Of a stretch of DNA of 64,000 nucleotides, positions 55,156 to 64,000 are shown one piece after another. This DNA comes from Methanobacteriota archaeon. GTDB lineage: Archaea > Thermoplasmatota > Poseidoniia > Poseidoniales > Thalassarchaeaceae. The stretch covers positions 80,114 through 144,113 of the forward strand of contig WTHQ01000020.1 in NCBI GenBank assembly GCA_011523055.1. Reading direction: 5' to 3'. The number at the start of each line of letters is the position of its first letter. Position 1 is the stretch's first letter. A model generated the notes under the pieces. That model did no database searches, was not told the origin of the DNA, and saw nothing but the letters and a program-made list of their open reading frames with translations. Position numbers and translations under genes: made by a program.

Positions 55156-56079
55156 ATGTCGACCAAAGGCAATGGCTATCTCCGGATTTCAATTAATCGA
55201 TGTCTGATCACAAATACGGAGGCTAGTGAAATGGACGACCCTTGGAAGTCAATGCCAAACGACCGTGGCTTTGAATCAGAGTCCCGAATGGTGGAAGTTG
55301 AGGATGGATGGCGCCTACGAGTTATCACTTGCAAACCGCTCACCAAGCAAAACAACCCTCCAGTCGTAATGGTCCCGGGTTGGAACAGCGTTTTCGAAGG
55401 CTGGAGGGAAATCATTGAGGCATGGGCACCCTCGAGAATGATTATCTACATCGAGACCAGAGAAAAGGGGAGTGCAGAATCAACCAGGGAGTCGAGTAGG
55501 TCGACAATGTCCATAGGCCAGAGTGTCCAGGACCTCAAGACACTCGCCTCGAAACTACCTGAAATGAGTTCAGAGTGTGATTTTTTCGCCTCCTCGCTGG
55601 GTGCAACCGTACTTCTGGAGGCATTGGCCATGGGGGCTCTCAACGCCAGGAGCGTGTCCTTGTTGGCCCCGAACATAAGCTTCGACTTCCCGTTGTGGAG
55701 TAGGCCCCTCATTGCGATGCCCAGCTTCCTTTATCCTCCGCTCATTCGAGCAGCCATTCTCTACCTAAATCTGAGATTGAAGGATGATGGGCAAAAGATC
55801 CGGTATCGTAGAACGCTGCTCGCTTCCAACGTGAAGCGGCTTCGGCTGAGTGCCCTTTCGAATGGGTCCTACAAAATGAGTGTCGACCTAACCAGAATAA
55901 ATTCCAGAATAGCACTGATCACTGCGGAGTCGGACACGCTCCACGCAGGAAGTGCAGTAGGATTCTTGGCCGAGAAACTACCGAACGCAACTACAATAGA
56001 GGTTCCAAGCAACCAGTTCGCCCACGACAGGGAAATTATTCCGATTTTGGAGGCCTTCCAGGATGATCAGAGGTCCTAG
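55156..56079 (+). CDS. Alpha/beta-fold hydrolase
   Basis: VVMVPGWNSVFEGW plus nucleophile-elbow-like FASSLGATV. 307 aa. Confidence 0.5.
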   Translation: MSTKGNGYLRISINRCLITNTEASEMDDPWKSMPNDRGFESESRMVEVEDGWRLRVITCKPLTKQNNPPVVMVPGWNSVFEGWREIIEAWAPSRMIIYIETREKGSAESTRESSRSTMSIGQSVQDLKTLASKLPEMSSECDFFASSLGATVLLEALAMGALNARSVSLLAPNISFDFPLWSRPLIAMPSFLYPPLIRAAILYLNLRLKDDGQKIRYRRTLLASNVKRLRLSALSNGSYKMSVDLTRINSRIALITAESDTLHAGSAVGFLAEKLPNATTIEVPSNQFAHDREIIPILEAFQDDQRS

Positions 56080-56146
56080 AACCCCCCTTCATCGAAGCAT
56101 CCAGAAGTTGAGATTATACGGTGGCTGCTTCGAAGATCACACAGGC

Positions 56147-59100
56147 ATGAGACACAGCGGGGCGAAACAGGCGGTTTTTCTATCCCTCCTGATTATAATT
56201 ATGGACGCGTCTGCAGGAGCGTCGATTCTCACTGAGGATCTTTCGACACAAGACGATCAATGCGCCTCTTCCGATTGTAGCCCTGATTTCTTTAGCTCAT
56301 TCGAAATGCCCGTGGACGCTAGTGAGCCCGTCGAGGAGCCTGGTTGGTGGCTATCCTATGGCTATGACCACAACTCTGATGGGATGGATGATCGTCTGGA
56401 GAATATAATCAACGGCTCTTCAGAGTCAATCTCCCCAACTTCAGTTTTGGCCCCAGATGGCAGAATGACTGTCGCAATAGTCGTAAACTACGCTTGGCAC
56501 CCCGGAAACTCGGACACAGAGGCATTGAAATCGACCCTGCGAGGACATGGATGGATCTCAGAGGGATCCTTCTTCTTCAACGTGGACATCTTGGATTCGA
56601 TTCTCGTGGACAGAGTCCCAGTGTCAGCTTTGAATGACGTGCTTTCCCTTGATGGAGTGGTTCTGATCGAACAACAGAACGTACTGGAACCTTACCTGGA
56701 TATCGCAACCAAGGCCTCCAAAGTTCGAGTTAGTGATGTCTACCCGCAGTCATTCTGGAGCAATGGATACATGGGGGACGGTGTTGTGATCGCCATCTTG
56801 GATACGGGCGTGGACAACGAACACTTCTCACTGGATGACTTTTCAGACGCCAATCAAGACAATGAAAATGCCCCAAGCGACCTAAATGACCCAAAATGGG
56901 TGGCTGGATGTGACGCGACCTCGAGCAATCAAGTCGAATGCTCTGACGGGAATTTCGATCCTGACGACGGAGATGGCCACGGGACCCACGTGGCCGGGAT
57001 CGCATTGGGGACGGGCGACTCAGACCGCGAAAACATAGGTTATTCCCCTGGTTCATATCTAGTTGACGTTAAGGTCCTGAACGACATTGGGACCACAAAC
57101 TCCGGTGCGACCATCAAGGGAATAAATTGGGTTGCGAACAACGTCGACACCGACTGGGGCAACAATGAATCAAGCAGGGGGATCGATGTCATGTCCATGT
57201 CGTTTGGTTCCATAAATTCCCCCGGAGGCGACGGCCAAGGGGATGATGGGCAGAACGCAGATGCGCGAGCAGTTAACGCCGCAGTGGATGCCGGTGTCGT
57301 TGCTGTGGCGGCTATAGGCAACGACGGGCAAAACAGGGTAACGTCGGTCGGTGCTGCTGACAAGGCGATCACAGTGGGCTCTATTGATGATGATGACTCA
57401 ATCAGCAGGGAGGATGACAGTATAGCCTCCTATTCAAACTACGGTCCTCGAACAGACGATGGAGATAATGACTTCCAAGATGAGTTGAAGCCTGATGTCG
57501 TTGGACCAGGTAGCGGCATAATTTCTGCGGAGTACGCGCCACTAAACCCACTACCAGTTGGGGACCAACCCAGGGCCTCTGATGGCTATACGAGCAAAGA
57601 CGGAACGAGCATGGCCTGCCCTGCAGTCGCTGGCCTGGCAGCCCTCCTCCTCTCCTACGACGGTGACCTCACGCCAGAGGATGTGAAGAATATCATCAAA
57701 GAGACTGCTGAACAAAGGGGGGATGCCAGTGCCCCCTCGATAGACGATAGATGGAACAACCAGTATGGTTACGGCATAGTCGATGGCGAGGCTGCTTTTC
57801 GCTGTGTGATAGGTGGTGAATGCACCCAGATCACAGGCGGGGCAGAATGGGTCCATGTTCAATCCCCGTCAAGGGGGGATTGGTTGGTCCAGGGCAGAAA
57901 CTACTCATTCAGCGGCATACTGAATGAAAGCGACCCTGGTACTTTCGGAATTCAGGCGGTTGAGATAAGCGCAGAACTCAGCTACAAGAAACAGAAGCCG
58001 AATGGAAAGATCGAATCGATTAAGTCAATACTCGTAAACACAACGAACGTAACACTAGTCGAAGGCAGGTGGTCGACCATAGTACCAATTCCTGAGATAG
58101 ACGTTAATGACTACTACGGTGCCGATGTCAAGCTCAAGGCAACGGCCACAAATGAGTCTGGAAGAAGGAGTCAGACCAACGTGAGTTTGCACCCCATCGG
58201 CTTCCTTGACATTGGGATATCCGAGCCAGAGCAGGACTCAACTGCCTCAGGCTCGATGGCGGTCAGAGGATCCTACTCGACTGTCGATGGGGGGGTTATC
58301 AGATGGAAGATCGATGACGGGAGTTGGGTCGATGGGCCCACGCTCTCGGACCAGAATCTCAATCGGAGCGGATATACGGGTGAGTTCCAATTCTCAATTG
58401 ACTCCGAAGAGTACGAGGAGGGCGAGCACGACCTTTTCCTCCAGATTGTGTCCGGCGATGGGTTCCTAAGCCAAGTTGGACGGAGAACGATAGATATTGA
58501 CAACTACCCTCCTCGTCCGAACCTTATTTTGATGGATAGCGTTCAGGTTACCGACTATGGCATTCCGATAAGTGAATCCCGTGTCGGCTCTTACCTCGAG
58601 GTCAGGGGAGAGGTCAGAAACGAGGGAGACATCGGCGCGAATGACATCCTGGTATCACTCTATGAGAATGGACAACGGAGATTCGAGACCTCGATAGAGA
58701 AGATATCCGTAGGTGAACAAGTGCCCTTCATACTGTATTGGAGCCCGTCCATCCCTGGGACCAAGGACGTCAAGGTGGTAATCGACCACTTGAACTCCAT
58801 AGAGGAGCTCGACGAATCCGACAACACGATTTCTCTCGACTTCGAGATTATACCATTGGCAGATGGAGTAGACATCGATGTGTTGGACGGCGGGGTGTTC
58901 ACAACGCCCAGCATACCCACGCCGAGTGATCAGTTCATTCTCAGCACCATGATAAAAAATCAGGGCTCTGAAGACGCCGCCTCCATCGAAGTCACATTTT
59001 ACTCGATGGAGGAAGGTGGCATTGGATGGCTGCCCGTCGCGTCAAGGTCGCTTTCGATGCTCCCCTCCGGCCAGGCCGTGATAATTGAGTTCCCAGTCCC

Positions 59101-60763
59101 CGGTAACGGACCCGGTGTAATGAACTACAGATTCACTGCTTCGGGGCCGGAATTGGCTGACGAAGATTGGTCCAACAACGAGTTAGAGGGTTCCATCGTA
59201 ATCGAAGACTCCCAGGTGAATTCTAGACCAGCCCGAATTGCCCAACCTGAAACGCCACTTGCGGTGATGTCTTTTCGGGAAACTGGCGTAATTCTCGCCT
59301 CAGAGGGAACTCAGATAATCGTTTACAAAATCCAGGAGGATGGGGAAACAGTTCGATGCAGCACCCCTCTCGAAAGATTCTGGAGCGGGTCGATCTCAAC
59401 TACCGTGGATGATGGAGGCTTGGCACACGTTGTTTGGACGCGCAGGCTGGTCACGGGCACAGGGGTATTGAGCGAGACGGTCTCATACGCCACGATAGAC
59501 GACCAATGCTCCTCCACGGTTCCACAAGACCTCATGAATCCACTTCCAATGAATCTGGGGGACTACTTCGGGGTTGACCTAGATGAGGATGACGGGAGGA
59601 TCATCATAGCCGGATATCTCCGTGACATAGCGAGTGGATCACTTTTCGAACCCTCTGAGTCAATTTTCATCCTTGAGGGCAACGAGCCCCAATCAGCAAG
59701 TGAGTGGAGCCTCACCGAGAACGTAATTCAAGGAATTGACACCATGTCTCAAAGTGAAGCGCCAATAGAAGTTGAAATCGGGGATGAGTTGGTTCATCTC
59801 ATCTACATGTCTTCGAGGAACGACACCTCCTCAGTACCTGTCCTCGGCCTGTGGTACGCGCATGGGCTCGAGGGGGCAGGTTCCTGGAATTACAAACGGG
59901 CTATCGCCGTCCAAGGATCTTCGCCCTCAATGGCTGTGACCAATGTGGAGGGGGACGACAGGGTTTCCATCGTTTGGTTCGAAGGCGAGCCAGACAAATC
60001 TACGCTGAATGCAATGATAGTGGATGAGAGCTTCAACATCATCAACGGGGCTTCTGTCTCCATCATGGCACGAGGGGGGGAGTACGCAAAGATCTCTCAG
60101 CGAGGTGACATACTGTTTCTCACATACGACCATGTCACCCCCGTCGGACGCGTGGTAAGCCTGGGCGTGATCGATCCAAACGAGGGGTGGATCGGGATTG
60201 GGAACAGGGTGTCCACGGGGAGTGCCTTCGCTGCCTCTGCCGCTTCGGATGGCTTGGTATTTCCCTTCATGGTCCGAACCACCTCTGGCGATTGGGTCTC
60301 GATTGAAATTTCGAGTAACGGCAATTTGGATGACGGCCCGAGTAATATTTTTGAGAGTGCGAGGATGGCCCTTGGGCTGAACGAGAATGAATTCAACCTG
60401 CTTCTGATGGGGCTCGCAACCGCGCTGTTGATGATTTTGGTCTCCCTCTTGATCGGGACGGTGAGACAAGGGCTCTCTAACATGAGGGACAAAAGAAGGT
60501 CCGCCTCGGTTGTAATTGAGACTGATCCCGAGGATGCGCTGGATATCGATCAAGACGAAGTGGAGGAAGTTTCACCGACTTTAATCTCACCAACACTCGA
60601 GGGGGCGTTTACAGCCGAACCTTTGCCTCCTCCGCCTTTGGATCCGAGCGATCCCTACAGAACTGTGATTTGCGATGCCTGCGGTACGAGGTTCGAGCTG
60701 CTCAGGAAAATTATGAAGACGACGTGCCCATCCTGCGGTGAGCGGGTCGAGGACTTCCGATGA
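56147..60763 (+). CDS. Giant (about 1539 aa) membrane-anchored subtilisin-like serine protease (peptidase S8) with multiple beta-rich accessory domains, a C-terminal TM helix and a cytoplasmic C4 zinc-ribbon tail
   Basis: Signal MRHSGAKQAVFLSLLIIIMDASAGAS. Catalytic triad motifs AILDTGVD, HGTHVAGI, GTSMACPAVAGLAALL. TM LLLMGLATALLMILVSLLIG. Tail CDACGTRFELLRKIMKTTCPSCGERVEDFR. Confidence 0.8.
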   Translation: MRHSGAKQAVFLSLLIIIMDASAGASILTEDLSTQDDQCASSDCSPDFFSSFEMPVDASEPVEEPGWWLSYGYDHNSDGMDDRLENIINGSSESISPTSVLAPDGRMTVAIVVNYAWHPGNSDTEALKSTLRGHGWISEGSFFFNVDILDSILVDRVPVSALNDVLSLDGVVLIEQQNVLEPYLDIATKASKVRVSDVYPQSFWSNGYMGDGVVIAILDTGVDNEHFSLDDFSDANQDNENAPSDLNDPKWVAGCDATSSNQVECSDGNFDPDDGDGHGTHVAGIALGTGDSDRENIGYSPGSYLVDVKVLNDIGTTNSGATIKGINWVANNVDTDWGNNESSRGIDVMSMSFGSINSPGGDGQGDDGQNADARAVNAAVDAGVVAVAAIGNDGQNRVTSVGAADKAITVGSIDDDDSISREDDSIASYSNYGPRTDDGDNDFQDELKPDVVGPGSGIISAEYAPLNPLPVGDQPRASDGYTSKDGTSMACPAVAGLAALLLSYDGDLTPEDVKNIIKETAEQRGDASAPSIDDRWNNQYGYGIVDGEAAFRCVIGGECTQITGGAEWVHVQSPSRGDWLVQGRNYSFSGILNESDPGTFGIQAVEISAELSYKKQKPNGKIESIKSILVNTTNVTLVEGRWSTIVPIPEIDVNDYYGADVKLKATATNESGRRSQTNVSLHPIGFLDIGISEPEQDSTASGSMAVRGSYSTVDGGVIRWKIDDGSWVDGPTLSDQNLNRSGYTGEFQFSIDSEEYEEGEHDLFLQIVSGDGFLSQVGRRTIDIDNYPPRPNLILMDSVQVTDYGIPISESRVGSYLEVRGEVRNEGDIGANDILVSLYENGQRRFETSIEKISVGEQVPFILYWSPSIPGTKDVKVVIDHLNSIEELDESDNTISLDFEIIPLADGVDIDVLDGGVFTTPSIPTPSDQFILSTMIKNQGSEDAASIEVTFYSMEEGGIGWLPVASRSLSMLPSGQAVIIEFPVPGNGPGVMNYRFTASGPELADEDWSNNELEGSIVIEDSQVNSRPARIAQPETPLAVMSFRETGVILASEGTQIIVYKIQEDGETVRCSTPLERFWSGSISTTVDDGGLAHVVWTRRLVTGTGVLSETVSYATIDDQCSSTVPQDLMNPLPMNLGDYFGVDLDEDDGRIIIAGYLRDIASGSLFEPSESIFILEGNEPQSASEWSLTENVIQGIDTMSQSEAPIEVEIGDELVHLIYMSSRNDTSSVPVLGLWYAHGLEGAGSWNYKRAIAVQGSSPSMAVTNVEGDDRVSIVWFEGEPDKSTLNAMIVDESFNIINGASVSIMARGGEYAKISQRGDILFLTYDHVTPVGRVVSLGVIDPNEGWIGIGNRVSTGSAFAASAASDGLVFPFMVRTTSGDWVSIEISSNGNLDDGPSNIFESARMALGLNENEFNLLLMGLATALLMILVSLLIGTVRQGLSNMRDKRRSASVVIETDPEDALDIDQDEVEEVSPTLISPTLEGAFTAEPLPPPPLDPSDPYRTVICDACGTRFELLRKIMKTTCPSCGERVEDFR

Positions 60764-61401
60764 GGGTAATTTTAGCCTCGTCATCCTCCACGAGAAGGAT
60801 CTGGATGTCACAACAGAGTTGGATGGAGGGGCACCAGCTTGAAATCAGATCACTGGCTTATGACGAGTCAGTCCAATCAGTTGAGGGGGACGTGTCTGAC
60901 ACCGTCAGAGAGATCGCGATCGGTAAGGCCGATTTCGCTATACGTGCCCTAGCTGATCACCAAGGTGGTTGGGTTTCAGTAGTCTCTGACACCGTGATTG
61001 AAGACCCAGACACAGGATTGCCAATGGGTAAACCGCGCGACTCGATCGAAGCAGAGAGGATGCTGAGGAGGCTCTCCGGAAGAAGGCACCTTGTTCACAG
61101 TTGCACGGGAGTCATTACACCAAGTAACACGATGGGCAGGGAAATGTTCTCGGATCGATCCCAGGTGCTTTTGGGGCCCTTGTCTGAAGATGACCTCAGT
61201 GTACTGATCGAGACCGAGTCTTGGAGAGGGAAGGCAGGGGGATATGACATCAAGGGGCTGGCACGGAGGCATCTCAAGATCATTGATGGCGATGAGGTCA
61301 CTGTGCTGGGTTTCTCACCCAGAGGCATAGAGAGATTGAAGAGGGCTTTGGCAGAACCGAATAATCCACCATCAGGCGAAAGTGACACCACCGTGTTCTA
61401 G
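60760..61401 (+). CDS. maf: Maf-like nucleoside triphosphate pyrophosphatase
   Basis: MRVILASSSSTRR N-terminus and Maf-family length (213 aa). ATG overlaps the protease stop (ATGA). Confidence 0.65.
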   Translation: MRVILASSSSTRRIWMSQQSWMEGHQLEIRSLAYDESVQSVEGDVSDTVREIAIGKADFAIRALADHQGGWVSVVSDTVIEDPDTGLPMGKPRDSIEAERMLRRLSGRRHLVHSCTGVITPSNTMGREMFSDRSQVLLGPLSEDDLSVLIETESWRGKAGGYDIKGLARRHLKIIDGDEVTVLGFSPRGIERLKRALAEPNNPPSGESDTTVF

Positions 61402-61863
61402 GACGAAATCCCTCTGGATCTCAGTGAACCAATCGAGCATGCCACGATTGAACCTCACCCTGGAGATTTTCGGATCGGCCAACAGGTCGTCTTGAATTCC
61501 CTTCAGGGTTCCGGGGGCAGCCCCACAAGAAACACATGCTCCGTCTAAGTCGATGACCAATGATAGTGATTCGGCGCCCTCGCCGTCATTGGAAATTGAA
61601 TGGTCATGGATCACGAGTGCGCCACCATGGCCAATTAGCGCCGCTCTGACGTCCCCTAGTCTTGCCATAAGGGCAGGAACAGCATCCTCTGAGGAAGAGG
61701 TCACAATATCGATGATATCCAGATCAAGGAGCCTCCGATCTTCCCGGACATCAATGTTTTCGGCTATCCTCTTTTTTGCTTCTTGGCTCATCAACGACTC
61801 GATCTGAGTTCGATATCGAGCCGCAAGGTCGTCGACATCGGAGCGACTCCATGAGTCTGGCAT
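61372..61863 (-). CDS. Nfu/NifU C-terminal domain Fe-S cluster carrier protein
   Basis: LVIDLDGACVSCGAAPGTLKGIQDDL is a CxxC NifU-like domain. Adjacent to sufCB. Confidence 0.65.
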   Translation of the reverse strand: MPDSWSRSDVDDLAARYRTQIESLMSQEAKKRIAENIDVREDRRLLDLDIIDIVTSSSEDAVPALMARLGDVRAALIGHGGALVIHDHSISNDGEGAESLSLVIDLDGACVSCGAAPGTLKGIQDDLLADPKISRVRFNRGMLDWFTEIQRDFVLEHGGVTFA

Positions 61864-61965
61864 GAAACCCCCACGGGAACCAAGGATATGTTATGTTCTA
61901 TCTCGTGGGCTGATAAAGGGGTTGAAAAGCCGTGGCTTCAAGGATGGCTCACGAGAGTGATAGTG

Positions 61966-62736
61966 ATGCCTGAAAAAGAGCCCGTGCTGTCTATCAAAGA
62001 CCTTCGAGTTGGCATTGAAGGCAACGAAATACTCCATGGCATAAATCTCGATATCGCTCCGGGGGAAATACACGCGATAATGGGTAGGAACGGCAGCGGC
62101 AAGACCACAGCTGCAAGCACAATAATGGGCCATCCTGACTACGAAGTCAATTCTGGCTCCATTTCACTAAACGGGGAAGACCTTCTGGAGTTGGAAGCAT
62201 GGGAAAGAGCCAGAAAGGGGGTTTTCCTTTCATTTCAGTATCCCCAAGCGGTTCCAGGGCTCCAAGTTGGCCACTTCCTGAGGAAATCCGTCGCTTCCAT
62301 CAGAGGGGAGGATGCAGCTAAGGGGCCAGCGTTCAGGCAATCCCTCAAATCAGCGATGGAAGAGGTTTCTATCCCGAGAACATTCCTCTCCCGATACGTC
62401 AATGACGGTTTCAGCGGCGGTGAGAAAAAGCGGTTTGAAATCCTACAACTAATGTTACTTCAGCCAAAACTCGCTATCCTTGACGAGACTGATTCTGGAC
62501 TCGACATCGACGGCATCAGGGTCGTGTCCCGTGGCATTAACGCCGCAATAAGAGGATCTGACTCAGGGGCGCTCATCATTACGCACTACAGCAGGATCCT
62601 CGAACACGTCAAACCGGATCATGTTCATGTCCTGATAGAGGGGAAGATAGTCAAGAGCGGTGGGCCGGATCTTGCACTTGAGCTAGAGGAAAAGGGGTAT
62701 GAGTGGCTTGAGTCCGAAGCGGAGATAGGAGAGTGA
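61966..62736 (+). CDS. sufC: Fe-S cluster assembly ATPase SufC
   Basis: LSIKDLRVGIEGNEILHGINLDIAPGEIHAIMGRNGSGKTT, FSGGEKKRFEILQL and LAILDETDSGLD. Start placed at ATG MPEKEPV. Confidence 0.85.
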   Translation: MPEKEPVLSIKDLRVGIEGNEILHGINLDIAPGEIHAIMGRNGSGKTTAASTIMGHPDYEVNSGSISLNGEDLLELEAWERARKGVFLSFQYPQAVPGLQVGHFLRKSVASIRGEDAAKGPAFRQSLKSAMEEVSIPRTFLSRYVNDGFSGGEKKRFEILQLMLLQPKLAILDETDSGLDIDGIRVVSRGINAAIRGSDSGALIITHYSRILEHVKPDHVHVLIEGKIVKSGGPDLALELEEKGYEWLESEAEIGE

Positions 62737-62751
62737 GTCTATGGCCATGGA

Positions 62752-63999
62752 AGATGCAAGAGGGGCAGTTGGCGACTATGACATGGGATGGCACGATCCC
62801 GAACACTCCACGATTCGATTCGATTCCGGGCTGAGCGAAGAAGTTGTCAGGAACATATCTTCAATCAAAAACGAGCCTGCCTGGATGACGGAGGTACGCG
62901 TGAAGGCCTACCACCACTTCATCGAAAGGGCTATGCCAGGATTTGGGGACACTAAGGCCTTGGAGGGTATCAAATTTGACGAGGTTTGCTACTATCTCCG
63001 GTCTTCAGACGCCACGGAGAAGGACTGGGACGACGTTCCCGATGACATTCGAAACACCTTCGACCGGCTGGGCATACCAGACGCTGAGCAGAAATGGCTC
63101 TCTGGAGTGACTGCTCAATACGAATCCGAAGCAGTCTACCACAGCATCAGAGAAGACCTAGAGGCACAGGGTGTCATCTTCCTGGACATGGACAGCGGCC
63201 TTCGTGAGTTCCCGGATCTCGTGAAGGAGTACTTCTGCAGCGTGATCCCATACCAGGACAACAAGTTCTCCGCGTTGAACACCGCAGTCTGGTCTGGAGG
63301 GTCTTTCATCTACGTTCCCAAGGGAGTTAAGGTAGAGATGCCCGTGCAAGCATACTTCCGCATCAATGCCAAAAACATGGGCCAGTTTGAGAGGACGCTA
63401 ATAATTGCAGACGAGGGGTCGAGCATCCACTATGTCGAGGGCTGTACTGCGCCTACTTACTCCACAGACTCCCTGCACTCAGCAGTGGTTGAATTGATAG
63501 CCTTGGATGGGGCGCACATTCGTTACTCAACGATCCAGAACTGGTCTGCCAACGTCTACAACCTCGTGACCAAGAGAGGCATAGCACACAAAGACGCTTC
63601 CATAGAGTGGATTGATGGGAACATCGGGTCCAAACTCACCATGAAGTACCCATCCGTCATACTCAAGGGAGAGGGCTCACATGCCGAAGTGATATCCATC
63701 GCATACGCCGGGAAGGGGCAGCACCAAGATGCTGGCGCCAAAGTCCATCATCTGGCATCCAACACAACGAGCAAGATCCTATCCAAGTCAATATCTAAGG
63801 ACGGTGGGCGAGGATCTTACAGAGGCATGGTCACTGTCTCACCCAAAGCTGAAAACTGCAAATTGAACGTTGTTTGTGACGCACTGATCCTAGATGACCA
63901 GAGCCAAACCGACACCTACCCCACCATGGAGGTAGCGAACTCCTCAGCAAGATGCGAACATGAGGCCAGCGTTTCCAAGGTCAGTGACGACCAAGTTTT
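62752..63999 (+). CDS. sufB: Fe-S cluster assembly scaffold SufB (3' end outside window)
   Basis: Translation from ATG 62752 (MAMEDARG...) runs without a stop to the window edge. SufB motifs: ...ADEGSSIHYVEGCTAP...IQNWSANVYNLVTKRG... Confidence 0.8.
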
Positions 64000-64000
64000 C

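Overview
This 64 kb window is a densely coded archaeal chromosomal segment, about 50 genes on both strands, with high-GC coding sequence and short AT-rich spacers. The evidence for an archaeon is a bat-type HTH_10 regulator, archaeal-type shikimate enzymes (ADH synthase, DHQ synthase II, GHMP shikimate kinase), a Gar1-like protein, and two tRNAs (Leu-UAG and Gln-CUG). A bacterial-type gpsA, several giant anchored surface proteins and roughly 55% GC suggest a Marine Group II / Poseidoniales-like planktonic Thermoplasmatota member. That lineage assignment is inference only. Main blocks, in order: (1) trxB 3' end, a MoeZ-like E1 plus rhodanese gene, a 180 bp extremely AT-rich island carrying phased repeats, and an orphan fused E1 alpha-beta 2-oxoacid dehydrogenase with a Zn-ribbon N-extension. 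(2) A molybdenum-enzyme locus (MocA-like, permease, XdhC, HTH_10 regulator, CoxS-CoxL-CoxM-like XDH-family enzyme that is not a canonical CO dehydrogenase). (3) A MoxR-DUF58 (vWA) module flanked by a CARDB-like surface protein and membrane proteins. (4) An archaeal shikimate operon (aroA'-aroB'-aroK-aroC), exonuclease III and a MacB-like ABC exporter. (5) tRNA-Leu, gpsA and a PhnCE-like ABC importer. (6) A Gar1-like protein fused to a RanBP2-like zinc finger and RG-rich tail. (7) A 2140-aa FG-GAP/VCBS adhesin. (8) Aconitase, a membrane cyclophilin, OFOR alpha/beta, tRNA-Gln, an aldo-keto reductase and CrcB. (9) An FeS-BCP photolyase-like gene, a NUDIX-MBL fusion and an alpha/beta hydrolase. 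(10) A 1539-aa membrane-anchored S8 subtilase with a cytoplasmic Zn-ribbon tail, Maf, and an Nfu-SufC-SufB cluster. No CRISPR array, integrase or transposase was seen. Findings ranked highest: the Gar1-RanBP2-ZnF fusion, the AT-rich phased-repeat island upstream of the orphan fused E1, the Mo-enzyme locus of unknown substrate, and the MoxR/vWA-surface protein module.
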